Source of the DNA: Candidatus Omnitrophota bacterium
Lineage (GTDB): Bacteria; Omnitrophota; Gorgyraeia; Duberdicusellales; 4484-171
Direction of reading: 5' to 3'
DNA: 64,000 nucleotides
Assembly: GCA_043820815.1 (NCBI GenBank)
Contig: JBDRDJ010000012.1
Location: 41,952-105,951 of the forward strand
How positions within the stretch are numbered: the stretch's first letter is position 1; each line of letters begins with the position of its first letter. This document shows, piece after piece, positions 25,948-34,980 of the stretch. The notes under the pieces were generated by a model. That model was not told the DNA's origin and ran no database searches. It was given only the letters and a program-made list of their open reading frames with translations. The translations under genes and the position numbers were made by a program.

Positions 25948-26005
25948 GGACTTATGACCTATGTTCGCTATCGCTCCATAAGTCATGTCCTCATTGAAGG
26001 AGGTT
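25948..26005 (+). promoter_or_regulatory. Palindromic leader element, copy 3 (upstream of SPFH gene)
   Basis: GACTTATG (25949-25956) pairs with CATAAGTC (25977-25984). It is followed by ATGTCCTCATTGAAGGAGG with the SD. ATG at 26009. Confidence 0.55.
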
Positions 26006-26008
26006 GGT

Positions 26009-26872
26009 ATGGGTATTGCTACGTTTTCCATTTGTGCTATTATTTTTATATTTTTCTTAGGTATCAGGATTGTAAGGCCTACGCATCGCGGTTTGATTGA
26101 GACTCTTGGAAAATATAACAACTTTGCAAATCCCGGTTTTCACTGGATTATTCCTATTATTCAGAGAATGTTTATGGTAAATGTTACAGAGCAGATGATT
26201 GATGCCCAGCCGCAGGAGATAATTACTTTTGACAATTTAAACGCCCGCGTAGATGCCCAGGTATATTTTAAAGTTAAGAACGATGAAGAAAACGTAAAAA
26301 ACAGCCAGTATAATGTTAATGATTACCAGTATCAGATTGTAAATTTAGCAAGAACCACCCTTAGAAATATAATCGGAACTCTTACCTTAAAATCAGCTAA
26401 CAGCGAAAGAGGAAAAATTAATAACGGGCTTCATGAAACCTTAAGGGAGGAGACAGGCAACTGGGGTATTGAGATTGTGCGCACTGAGCTTAAAGAAATC
26501 GATCCGCCAAAAGACGTTCAGGACACAATGAATAAGGTTGTTAAAGCCGAGAATGAGAAAATTTCCGCAATCGACTTTGCAACAGCAAGAGAAACCGTAG
26601 CTGACGGCGAAAAGCGGGCAAAAATAAAAGAAGCCGAAGGTGTTAAACGGGCAAAGATACTTCAGGCAGAAGGAGATTCTGAGGCAATAAAATTAGTGAA
26701 TGAAGCCGCAGAGAAATATTTTGTAGGTAACGCTCAAGTTTTAAGGAAGCTTCAGGCAGTTGAAAATGCCTTAAGGGATAACGCAAAAGTAGTAATTCCT
26801 ACAAATGCGGAATTGGTAAATGTTATCGGTGAATTAGCGGGGATATTGCCGCTTAAAAGAAAAGAAGATTAA
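26009..26872 (+). CDS. SPFH/band-7 (stomatin/prohibitin-like) membrane protein
   Basis: N-terminal TM followed by RIVRPTHRGLIETLGKY, and a C-terminal coiled coil (EAEGVKRAKILQAEGDSEA). AGGAGG SD before ATG 26009. The ORF opens at 25985. Confidence 0.85.
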   Translation: MGIATFSICAIIFIFFLGIRIVRPTHRGLIETLGKYNNFANPGFHWIIPIIQRMFMVNVTEQMIDAQPQEIITFDNLNARVDAQVYFKVKNDEENVKNSQYNVNDYQYQIVNLARTTLRNIIGTLTLKSANSERGKINNGLHETLREETGNWGIEIVRTELKEIDPPKDVQDTMNKVVKAENEKISAIDFATARETVADGEKRAKIKEAEGVKRAKILQAEGDSEAIKLVNEAAEKYFVGNAQVLRKLQAVENALRDNAKVVIPTNAELVNVIGELAGILPLKRKED

Positions 26873-26877
26873 TCATT

Positions 26878-27309
26878 ATGGCGAATATTACAAAGAAAAT
26901 AGTTATTGATGCCCCTTTAGAGGGAGTATTTTCCTATGCATCGCAGTGGCAGAACTGGGTTGATTTTTTTGAGGGTGCCGGCAGTTTTGAACCCACAACG
27001 AAAGTTACCCGCGGCAATGGGGCCAGGTATGCCTACAAGGCAAAAATGATAGGGTTAAAGGTGGCCGCCGAGCTCGAGATTAAAGATTTTATTGAGAATA
27101 AAGGCTGGTGTGCCCTTGGAACAAAAGGAGTATCTAACCGGATAAATTGGGAGTTTGCAAAGGACAATAACACAACAGAAATTACCTACACTCTTGAATA
27201 TAAAGTCCCGATCCCCATTCTGGGTGCATTACTTGACCGGTTATTTATAAAGAAGCAATGGGAGGGGATAATTGAGAGGTCGCTTTCTAATTTAAAGGCG
27301 CGCTTTTAA
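26878..27309 (+). CDS. SRPBCC (START/polyketide-cyclase-like) family protein
   Basis: 143 aa. KKIVIDAPLEGVFSYASQWQNW start and overall beta-alpha pattern are typical of SRPBCC ligand-binding proteins. Confidence 0.65.
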   Translation: MANITKKIVIDAPLEGVFSYASQWQNWVDFFEGAGSFEPTTKVTRGNGARYAYKAKMIGLKVAAELEIKDFIENKGWCALGTKGVSNRINWEFAKDNNTTEITYTLEYKVPIPILGALLDRLFIKKQWEGIIERSLSNLKARF

Positions 27310-27332
27310 AGCTAATACGCCTTTTGATTGTT

Positions 27333-28190
27333 TTATTTGATTTCGGCGCCGTAATCTATACGGCTGCTGTAGTAGTCATTGAAATCAGGAACAATATAGA
27401 ACAATTTAATGTCTTTGCCTTTAACTTTCTTTAACGCATGTCCTTTTAGGTTTTCGCTGTATTTAAGGTAGCTTTCCCGGCTTGAGTATACACTCTCTAA
27501 ATTACCGGCGCATTCACATCTTAAATTTTTCCTTACAATAGATAGAATTTTATTAAAGTTACCCATAGTATTATGGTATAGTTCTATCTCAATTTCTTTT
27601 GCCTTTTTAGGGATGAGTCCAAAGCTGTAATCTAAATCCGAAACAAAAGGGATAAAAGGTCCTAAGTGAAGGCGTAAATCAATACCCGCTCTCAGTATAT
27701 CTTCAATCGCCTTAATCCGCTCCAAAACTGCGGGTGATTTCTTTTCAAAAAGTCTCAGGGTATCTCCAGGAAACGGCGAAAGGGTAAAGTAAATCTTATT
27801 TTTTTTATTCTTCGAAATCAAAGAAAGGCAGCGGGTTATGTAATGAGATTTAGTCAGAATAGTGTAAGGAATCGAATACTCGTTTAGTATGTTTAGAACT
27901 TTTTCAGTTACTTTGTATTTAAGCTCGGCTTCCTGGAAGCACTCTGTAACCGAGCCTAAGAGCACCCGTTTGGGCCGAGTATACCTTAATTCTCTTTGTA
28001 GAATTTGAGGCGAGTTTTCCTTGACCCCTAATCTGCCGCGGTCATAGCCGTTTTTTATGTTTTTATTTTCGCGGGAATAACAATAGAGGCATTTAAAGCC
28101 GCAGCCGCGGTAGGGGTTTATGACATAATCGGCAATACTTATCTGGGTCGGGCAGAGAACTTTTTGTGTTTGGATGAGTTTAATTTCCAT
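27333..28190 (-). CDS. Radical SAM protein (COG1533/SplB-like small form)
   Basis: 285 aa. NPYRGCGFKCLYCY CxxxCxxC motif. Confidence 0.75.
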   Translation of the reverse strand: MEIKLIQTQKVLCPTQISIADYVINPYRGCGFKCLYCYSRENKNIKNGYDRGRLGVKENSPQILQRELRYTRPKRVLLGSVTECFQEAELKYKVTEKVLNILNEYSIPYTILTKSHYITRCLSLISKNKKNKIYFTLSPFPGDTLRLFEKKSPAVLERIKAIEDILRAGIDLRLHLGPFIPFVSDLDYSFGLIPKKAKEIEIELYHNTMGNFNKILSIVRKNLRCECAGNLESVYSSRESYLKYSENLKGHALKKVKGKDIKLFYIVPDFNDYYSSRIDYGAEIK

Positions 28191-28197
28191 ATAGGCG

Positions 28198-29457
28198 TTA
28201 TCCGTAAATCAGATTGTTGATAAAACTTTTTGTATACTTGATTTTATTGTCTTCGGCTGCGCTTAAGAATTTTTGAATTCTTTGTTTTGCTTCGGGAGCA
28301 GGAAAGCTAAGATGGGGAAAATTGCCTAAATAGTCCACAAAAGGATTAGCCTGGGCAATTTTGGGTATAATTTGGCGATTCCCTATAATAAAATTAAGTG
28401 TTTCTTTAAAATCTTTATCTTCTTCTTTAGGATATCCAAAAATTAAGCTTACTTCGAAATGTAAGCCTTCCTTGGTTAGGATTTTAAAGAAATCTAAAGC
28501 CGCATCTGTTGTAAAACCTTTATTCATAAGGGAAAGCATCCGGTCCGAGCCGCTTTCAAGGCCTATAAAAATATTGTAGCAGCCGCTTAGCTTAAGCTTC
28601 CTTGCAAGAGACCGCGGAAAATCTTCTTTGATTCTCATTTGCGCTTCCCATTTGATACCGATATTTTTTCTAATAATAAGGGCAGAAAAATCATTCAGCC
28701 ACCGGTCGTTATAGTTAAGTTGTGAATCACAGAAGATAAAGCGGTTAATTGAATATTTCTTCTGTAGATATGATATTTGGTCTACCGTATATTGAGCAGA
28801 GTGCTGTCGGAATTTACGATATAGTTTTCGCTCAGAACAAAAAACACATTTGTGAGTGCATCCGCGCGAGGAAAGAACAGGTAAAGCCGGCGAATATGCC
28901 TTAAGGTTTAAGGGTGAAAAGTCAAGAAAGCCGAGGGTATCGAGATCGTCAATTTCGAAGAAGCGGTAAACATTTTTAATCTTTTTATCCGTCAATATTT
29001 TTAAAAGAGAAATTTCTCCTTCGCCTATTACCCATGAGTAATCAGGCAGGAGTTCTTTGCGGCGCTCAAGAAAGAAGGTATGCGGGCCGCCCATAACAAT
29101 TTTTTTCTCGGGAAATTTGTCTTTTATGCGGCGGGCCAGCTCGAAAGAAAATGCCCGGTTTCTTTTAGTCAGCGTAAAGCCAATGACCGGGAAATCATTT
29201 AAGGTTTTATAAATATTCTCGAGCAGGTAAGGGAAAGTCTTTTCAGTAAGAGGAAAAAGATTTTTTTCTAAGTTTTCATTAAGGCAGAGCCACTCTTTTT
29301 GTGCAGGGGCAAATAATTGAAAAACAGCAGTATTTAAATCAAGGATTCTTACCCCGGCACCATTATTTTTCAAATATTTGTTAAGATATAGAAGAGAAAG
29401 AGGAGGCGTTTTAACCCATCCCGGCGGACAATTAATAATATAGACTGAATTTCCCAT
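28198..29457 (-). CDS. B12-binding-domain radical SAM protein (class B)
   Basis: N-terminal Rossmann-like VYIINCPPGW...IVMGGPHTFF and SSRGCTHKCVFCSE cluster motif. The ORF reaches 29541. Alternative starts at 29520 (MKKF) and 29541. Confidence 0.75.
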   Translation of the reverse strand: MGNSVYIINCPPGWVKTPPLSLLYLNKYLKNNGAGVRILDLNTAVFQLFAPAQKEWLCLNENLEKNLFPLTEKTFPYLLENIYKTLNDFPVIGFTLTKRNRAFSFELARRIKDKFPEKKIVMGGPHTFFLERRKELLPDYSWVIGEGEISLLKILTDKKIKNVYRFFEIDDLDTLGFLDFSPLNLKAYSPALPVLSSRGCTHKCVFCSERKLYRKFRQHSAQYTVDQISYLQKKYSINRFIFCDSQLNYNDRWLNDFSALIIRKNIGIKWEAQMRIKEDFPRSLARKLKLSGCYNIFIGLESGSDRMLSLMNKGFTTDAALDFFKILTKEGLHFEVSLIFGYPKEEDKDFKETLNFIIGNRQIIPKIAQANPFVDYLGNFPHLSFPAPEAKQRIQKFLSAAEDNKIKYTKSFINNLIYG

Positions 29458-29520
29458 TTGCGTATAATAATAAAAACGAGCTGTGCCGATATAATTATAA
29501 CATAACAGGAATTTTTTCAT

Positions 29521-30642
29521 ATGAGCGGTTTGTATATCCACATTCCCTTTTGCCGCAGTAAATGCCCGTATTGTGATTTTTACAGTGTTGGCTATGAATA
29601 TAACTTGGCATCCCGCTATATCAGGGCAATATCAAAGCAAATAAAAGAATTACACGTAAGCCCCGAAACAATTTATATAGGAGGAGGAACGCCTACGGTA
29701 TTGCCTTTAATTACTTTAAAAATTCTTTTTAACAAATTAAAAGTTTTTATAAACAAAGCAGACGAAATTACGGTTGAGGCTAATCCTGAGAGCATTGATG
29801 GGGATAAGCTTAAATATTTTCTCGATTCCGGAGTAAACAGAATCAGCATAGGAGTCCAGTCTTTTAATCAAAGAAAGCTTACAAGGTTGGGCCGTCCCCA
29901 CAGCGGCCGGCAAGCCCGTGATTCAGTTTTTTATGCAAGAAAAAAAGGTTTTATGAACATAAGCATAGATTTGATTTTCGGCGTTGAGGCAGAGAATTTA
30001 AATATCTGGAAAGATGATTTAAAGATATCAGTTGATTTGCCCATTGAGCATATATCAGCATATTCGTTAGCCTATGAAAGAGGGGCACAGTTAAGCCGTG
30101 CAGCAGCGGCTAAGAAAGTAATCCCGCTTGATGATAAGAAAACTGCAGATATGTATAAATTAACCCTTTCTTATTTGCCCGCTAAAGGATTTACCCAATA
30201 CGAGGTCTCTAATTTTTCTAAGAGAGGGTATGCCTGCCGCCATAACTTAAACTGCTGGGAAAATAATCCCTATACGGGCCTCGGGGCATCAGCAGTTTCA
30301 TATGCATGCGGGGTTAGAGAAAGAAATGTTTCAAAGTTAGAACAGTATATTAATATGGCTAAAAAAGGAATTAAGCCTGTTGAGTCAAGCGAGCGGCTTT
30401 CTGCTTTAAAAAGAGCTAAGGAAACAGCAGCCTTAAAAATACGCACAAAAGAAGGCATTGATTTCAGAAAGTTTAAAGATAAAACCGGTTTTGACATTCT
30501 TAAAATAAGGGGTCTTGAATTGAGTCAACTTGCAGGCCGGAAATTATGCCGTTGGCGTTTTAAAAACGGTAAGAAAATAGGCATATTCCCAACCCGCCGG
30601 GGGTTCTTATTCTGCGACACGCTTTCGTCAAGCATGCTCTGA
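29521..30642 (+). CDS. hemW: Radical SAM heme chaperone HemW (HemN-like, oxygen-independent coproporphyrinogen oxidase family)
   Basis: LYIHIPFCRSKCPYCDFYS N-terminus, GGGTPT motif and HemN C-terminal domain. Confidence 0.85.
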   Translation: MSGLYIHIPFCRSKCPYCDFYSVGYEYNLASRYIRAISKQIKELHVSPETIYIGGGTPTVLPLITLKILFNKLKVFINKADEITVEANPESIDGDKLKYFLDSGVNRISIGVQSFNQRKLTRLGRPHSGRQARDSVFYARKKGFMNISIDLIFGVEAENLNIWKDDLKISVDLPIEHISAYSLAYERGAQLSRAAAAKKVIPLDDKKTADMYKLTLSYLPAKGFTQYEVSNFSKRGYACRHNLNCWENNPYTGLGASAVSYACGVRERNVSKLEQYINMAKKGIKPVESSERLSALKRAKETAALKIRTKEGIDFRKFKDKTGFDILKIRGLELSQLAGRKLCRWRFKNGKKIGIFPTRRGFLFCDTLSSSML

Positions 30643-30693
30643 CTTCCATCACCAATTTTTATATTCAGTTATCACCATAGCCTGATTTAAGTG

Positions 30694-30721
30694 TAGATTT
30701 TTTCTCATAGGATGGTATAAT
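30694..30721 (+). promoter_or_regulatory. Candidate promoter of the heptose/Kdo/lpt operon
   Basis: TAGATT (30694-30699), 16-nt spacer including TG at 30713-30714, TATAAT (30716-30721). GAAGGAG SD and ATG 30749 lie downstream. Confidence 0.4.
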
Positions 30722-30748
30722 TGTTTGGCTGGATAGAAGGAGTTTCAG

Positions 30749-31729
30749 ATGAAAATCAGTGCAAAAAGGCTTAAAAACATCGCATCGCGTTTTAAATCAA
30801 AGAATATCCTTGTTGTCGGAGATGTTATTTTAGACCACTACATTTTCGGCAGTGTTAACAGGATTTCTCCTGAGGCGCCTGTGCCTGTTGTATGGGCTAA
30901 CGGCGAGAATTTCGTTTGCGGAGGCTCGGCTAATGTTGGTTTAAACCTTATTTCTTTAGGGGCAAATGCCAGCTTATGCGGTGTGCTCGGCAATGACCAC
31001 TTCGGCGGAGTTCTTCTTAATTTGGCAAAAAGCAGGAAAATAGCCACTGGTCTGCTTATTAAAGACAGCCGCAGGCCGACTACTTTAAAAACACGAATTA
31101 TAGCTAACCATCAGCAAGTTGTAAGGCTTGACTGGGAATCAGTAGAATACCTGGAGTTAAAAACAAATAGTAAAATTTACAACAGGGTGCTTAAAAGCAT
31201 CAACAGTTTTGATGCCGTAATTATCGAGGACTACGGCAAAGGCGTGATAAATCCCTCATTGGTTGATAAATTAGTTCAACTTTGCAAAAAAAAGAATAAA
31301 ATTATTACAGTAGACCCTAAAGAGGATCATTTTGATTATTACCGCGATGTCACTGCGCTTACCCCGAATCTCAAAGAGGCTGAAGCCGCAGCAAGCTTTA
31401 AAGTCCGCGGTAAAGAGCAGATTGCTTTGCTCGGCGATATTATAAAAGATAAATTGAACCCGAAAGCCCTGCTTATTACATTAGGCGAAGGCGGCATGAT
31501 GCTTTTTGAAGGTAAGAGGCGCCACCATATTCCAACGGCGGCACTTGAGGTATTTGACGTAAGCGGAGCAGGGGATACTGTGATAGCGGCTTTTACACTT
31601 GCTCTTTGCTGCGGTGCTGCATTTTATGAAGCGGCTGTAATTGCTAATTTTTGCGCCGGCATAGTTGTAGGAAAATCTGGCACTGCCACGGCTTCTCAAA
31701 GGGAACTGAAAAAGAAAATATCCGAATGA
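30749..31729 (+). CDS. hldA: D-glycero-beta-D-manno-heptose-7-phosphate kinase (RfaE domain I / PfkB family)
   Basis: 326 aa. ILVVGDVILDHYIFGSVNRISPEAPVPV N-terminus and DVSGAGDTV PfkB signature. Confidence 0.8.
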   Translation: MKISAKRLKNIASRFKSKNILVVGDVILDHYIFGSVNRISPEAPVPVVWANGENFVCGGSANVGLNLISLGANASLCGVLGNDHFGGVLLNLAKSRKIATGLLIKDSRRPTTLKTRIIANHQQVVRLDWESVEYLELKTNSKIYNRVLKSINSFDAVIIEDYGKGVINPSLVDKLVQLCKKKNKIITVDPKEDHFDYYRDVTALTPNLKEAEAAASFKVRGKEQIALLGDIIKDKLNPKALLITLGEGGMMLFEGKRRHHIPTAALEVFDVSGAGDTVIAAFTLALCCGAAFYEAAVIANFCAGIVVGKSGTATASQRELKKKISE

Positions 31730-32463
31730 ATGTAATAGGCGTTATTCCTGCCCGCTATGAGTCAACCAGGTGTGCGCATAAGCTTGTAAGAGAGGTTTTT
31801 GGTAAGCCTCTTATTCAGTGGACATGGGAGAATGCTAAGTGTGCCCATCTTCTTGATAAGTTGATTATCGCAACCGACAGCCCGGTTATCGCCGGTTTAG
31901 CAAAAGAGTTTAATACTGAAGCTGTTTTAACTTCTGTTGAGCACCCATCGGGGACAGACAGGATTGCAGAGGCTGTTAGGGATATTGAAGCCAAGATTGT
32001 TATAAACATCCAGGCCGATGAGCCCCTGGTGCATCCTTCTGTGATTAATTCTGTTGCGCAAGTGCTGCTTGATAATCCGCAACTTGTGATGGCAACGGCT
32101 ATCAAGAAAATAGATGACCCTCGGCAGATGCGTGACCCGAATGTTGTAAAAGTTATAGCCGACAGAGACGGATATGCTATGTATTTTTCGCGCTTTCCCA
32201 TCCCTTATTACCGTAACAGCCAGGCAAACAAATTACATTACAAACATATAGGAGTATATGGATATACTAAAGACTTCCTCTTTACTTTTAAGAATCTTTT
32301 GCCGTCACCCTTAGAAAAAGCCGAAAAACTTGAGCAGTTGAGAGCCATTGAAGCGGGATATAAGATAAAGCTTACCGAAACTCAATTCGAATCCTGGGGT
32401 GTTGACTCGGATGATGACTTTGACAAAATAGAACAATTGCTCAAGGAAAGAAAATATGTTTAA
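31726..32463 (+). CDS. kdsB: 3-deoxy-manno-octulosonate cytidylyltransferase
   Basis: MNVIGVIPARYESTRCAHKL start, and IQADEPL and HIGVYGY motifs. ATGA overlap with hldA. The ORF opens at 31651. Confidence 0.9.
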   Translation: MNVIGVIPARYESTRCAHKLVREVFGKPLIQWTWENAKCAHLLDKLIIATDSPVIAGLAKEFNTEAVLTSVEHPSGTDRIAEAVRDIEAKIVINIQADEPLVHPSVINSVAQVLLDNPQLVMATAIKKIDDPRQMRDPNVVKVIADRDGYAMYFSRFPIPYYRNSQANKLHYKHIGVYGYTKDFLFTFKNLLPSPLEKAEKLEQLRAIEAGYKIKLTETQFESWGVDSDDDFDKIEQLLKERKYV

Positions 32464-32504
32464 GAGCCTTACAGGATATTCAGAAATTATCTGGTTTAAA
32501 CAAT

Positions 32505-33299
32505 ATGTTACTTTATAAAAATAAATTTTTATTTATTGCCGGGCCTTGCGTAATTGAAAGCCGAAATCTTACCTTAGATATCGCTCTGCGGCTCAAGGAG
32601 ATTTGCTCAAATCTAGACGTTTTGTTTATTTTCAAGGCTAGTTTCGATAAGGCTAACCGCACATCTGTTTCTTCTTTCAGGGGCCCCGGCCTCAGTCAAG
32701 GAATTAGAATTTTAGAGATTGTTAAAAAGAAAGTAAAAGTTCCCGTTGTCAGCGATGTCCATTGCCCGCACCAGGTTAAAGACGTCAAAGACGTGCTTGA
32801 TGTAATTCAGATTCCTGCTTTTTTGTGCCGCCAGACCGATCTTCTTCTTGCGGCAGGGCGTTCCGGCAAGGTTGTTAATATCAAGAAAGGCCAGTTCCTT
32901 TCGCCTTCTGATATGCGCTATGCAGTTAAGAAAGTCGAGTCAACGGGAAATAAGGCAATCTTCATTACGGAGCGGGGGACTTGTTTTGGATACAATAATC
33001 TTGTAGTCGATTTTAGGTCTTTTTTATTCTTAAAGGAGATGGGGTATCCGGTAATTTTTGATGTTACCCATTCATTACAGCGGCCTTCTTTAAAGAGGGG
33101 AGTTTCCGGCGGCGACATAAAATATGCGCCTGATATGGCTTTGGCAGCTTTAGGCTGCGGGGTAAACGGTATTTTCATGGAAGTCCATCCTGACCCTAAA
33201 CGAGCCCTCTCCGATAAATTTACGTCATTTCCCTTGAGTAAACTTAAAAGTCTGCTTAAGAGAATAGTCAGAGCCAGAGAATTTCTAAGCACAGTTTAA
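32505..33299 (+). CDS. kdsA: 3-deoxy-8-phosphooctulonate synthase
   Basis: FIAGPCVIES, FKASFDKANRTS, QIPAFLCRQTDLL and FDVTHSLQ motifs. Confidence 0.9.
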   Translation: MLLYKNKFLFIAGPCVIESRNLTLDIALRLKEICSNLDVLFIFKASFDKANRTSVSSFRGPGLSQGIRILEIVKKKVKVPVVSDVHCPHQVKDVKDVLDVIQIPAFLCRQTDLLLAAGRSGKVVNIKKGQFLSPSDMRYAVKKVESTGNKAIFITERGTCFGYNNLVVDFRSFLFLKEMGYPVIFDVTHSLQRPSLKRGVSGGDIKYAPDMALAALGCGVNGIFMEVHPDPKRALSDKFTSFPLSKLKSLLKRIVRAREFLSTV

Positions 33300-33339
33300 T
33301 ATAGTTTTTATTTTGTAAATCTAATAATCTAAAAATATT

Positions 33340-34341
33340 ATGAAAACGGAGGTCATAGAGTTGAGAAAATATAAAGAGAAAGATATTTTAATTTGGGCCC
33401 GTGATGTATTAGACATTGAAGCCCAGGGGATACTTGACGCCAAGAAGAATTTAAGCGTTGGTTTTATAATGGCCGTAAGTACCATGGCAGTTTGTCAGGG
33501 CAGGATTGTTGTAACAGGCATGGGCAAAGCCGGCATCATCGGACAGAAATTTTCAGCAACGCTGTCATCAACCGGGACTTCAAGCTTCTGGCTTCATGCC
33601 GCAGAAGCCGTGCACGGAGACTTAGGAAGAATCCGTGAGGATGATGTTGTTGTTGTTATCTCTTACAGCGGGGAAACCGAAGAGATAAAGAATTTAATAC
33701 CTTTTATTGAAAAAATAGGCGCAAAAATAATCGCTGTGACAGGCAACGTTAAATCGCACCTTGCGCGTTATGCGGATAATGTTATCAATGTTACCGTTGA
33801 TAAAGAAGCATGCGCCCTGGGGCTGGCGCCTACAACTTCAACAACGGTAATGCTTGCTTTATGCGATGCAATAGCGGTTGTCCTTATGAAAATAAAAGGT
33901 TTTAAGGAGAAAGATTTTGCTTTTTTCCATCCCCGTGGTTCGCTGGGAAGAAAGTTACTTCTTACCGTTAAAGATATTATGCGAAAAGGCAAACTTAACC
34001 CGGTAGTAAAAGAGAACACATTAATAAAAGATGTTCTTTTAAAGATAACCTCTTTGCATGCCGGGGCGGCGGTTGTTATAAATGCAAAAGGCAGGCTTAT
34101 AGGAATTTTTACCGACGGAGATTTGCGCAGAAATCTGGAAACACACCCGCATATTTTAAAAGAAAAGGTAAAGAATATAATGACAAAGAACCCAATTGTA
34201 GTCAGAGAAAGCGACCTTGCCACGGGAGCTTTAAAAGTTCTCGAGAAAAGAAAAATTGACGAGGTTCCCGTTGTAGATGATAAATACCGCCCTGTGGGTA
34301 TGATTGATGTCCAGGATTTAATCGTTGCAGGAATCGTATAA
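33340..34341 (+). CDS. kdsD: Arabinose-5-phosphate isomerase (KpsF/GutQ/KdsD family)
   Basis: SIS domain (GMGKAGIIGQKFSATLSSTGT) plus two C-terminal CBS domains. Confidence 0.85.
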   Translation: MKTEVIELRKYKEKDILIWARDVLDIEAQGILDAKKNLSVGFIMAVSTMAVCQGRIVVTGMGKAGIIGQKFSATLSSTGTSSFWLHAAEAVHGDLGRIREDDVVVVISYSGETEEIKNLIPFIEKIGAKIIAVTGNVKSHLARYADNVINVTVDKEACALGLAPTTSTTVMLALCDAIAVVLMKIKGFKEKDFAFFHPRGSLGRKLLLTVKDIMRKGKLNPVVKENTLIKDVLLKITSLHAGAAVVINAKGRLIGIFTDGDLRRNLETHPHILKEKVKNIMTKNPIVVRESDLATGALKVLEKRKIDEVPVVDDKYRPVGMIDVQDLIVAGIV

Positions 34342-34372
34342 GCCCGGTTCAGTATATACAGCTGCTATTTCT

Positions 34373-34915
34373 ATGGCAAAAAAGATATTAGATAAATTAT
34401 TCGGCAGAGTTAAACTTTTGATCCTTGATGTCGACGGTGTCTTGACAAAAGGAGAAATCATATATGATGATACAGGCAGAGAGCTTAAAATTTTTAATGT
34501 TAAAGACGGCCTGGGCATATTTCTTCTAAAATTTGCGGGGGTTAAAACAATATTGCTTACGGCTAAAGATGGAGCGGTTGTCCGTAAACGGGCAAAGGAT
34601 ATGAGAGTCGAACAGGTAATCGCAGGTGTGCTTCCAAAAGAAAAAGCTATTTCAGGTATTCTAAAACGCTACAGCGTTGCCACGGATGAAATTTGTTTTG
34701 TAGGCGATGACCTTATTGATATAGGCATGATGCAGAAAGTCGGCTTGCCTGTCGCGGTAAACGATGCTCCCTTGGCGGTTAAAAAGCACGCCGTTTATAT
34801 TACCAAAAATAAGGGCGGTTGCGGAGCGGTTAGGGAAGTGATTGATAAAATAATATCTTACAGAAAATTAGGTAATAAAATCAATGCTTTCTTAAAGAAC
34901 CCAACACTTTTGTAA
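34373..34915 (+). CDS. kdsC: 3-deoxy-D-manno-octulosonate 8-phosphate phosphatase (HAD, YrbI family)
   Basis: LLILDVDGVLTKGEIIYD and FVGDDLIDIGMM motifs. The ORF opens at TTG 34325, but ATG 34373 gives a typical length. Confidence 0.8.
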   Translation: MAKKILDKLFGRVKLLILDVDGVLTKGEIIYDDTGRELKIFNVKDGLGIFLLKFAGVKTILLTAKDGAVVRKRAKDMRVEQVIAGVLPKEKAISGILKRYSVATDEICFVGDDLIDIGMMQKVGLPVAVNDAPLAVKKHAVYITKNKGGCGAVREVIDKIISYRKLGNKINAFLKNPTLL

Positions 34916-34940
34916 TTTTTCTTTGACTTTTATGGTATAT

Positions 34941-34969
34941 TTGTTATATTACGATGTTTTTGGTATAAT
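34941..34969 (+). promoter_or_regulatory. Candidate internal promoter upstream of lptC/A-like gene
   Basis: TTGTTA (34941-34946), 17-nt spacer ending in TGg, TATAAT (34964-34969). ATG 34981 lies 11 nt downstream, with no SD. Confidence 0.4.
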
Positions 34970-34980
34970 GATTACAATAT

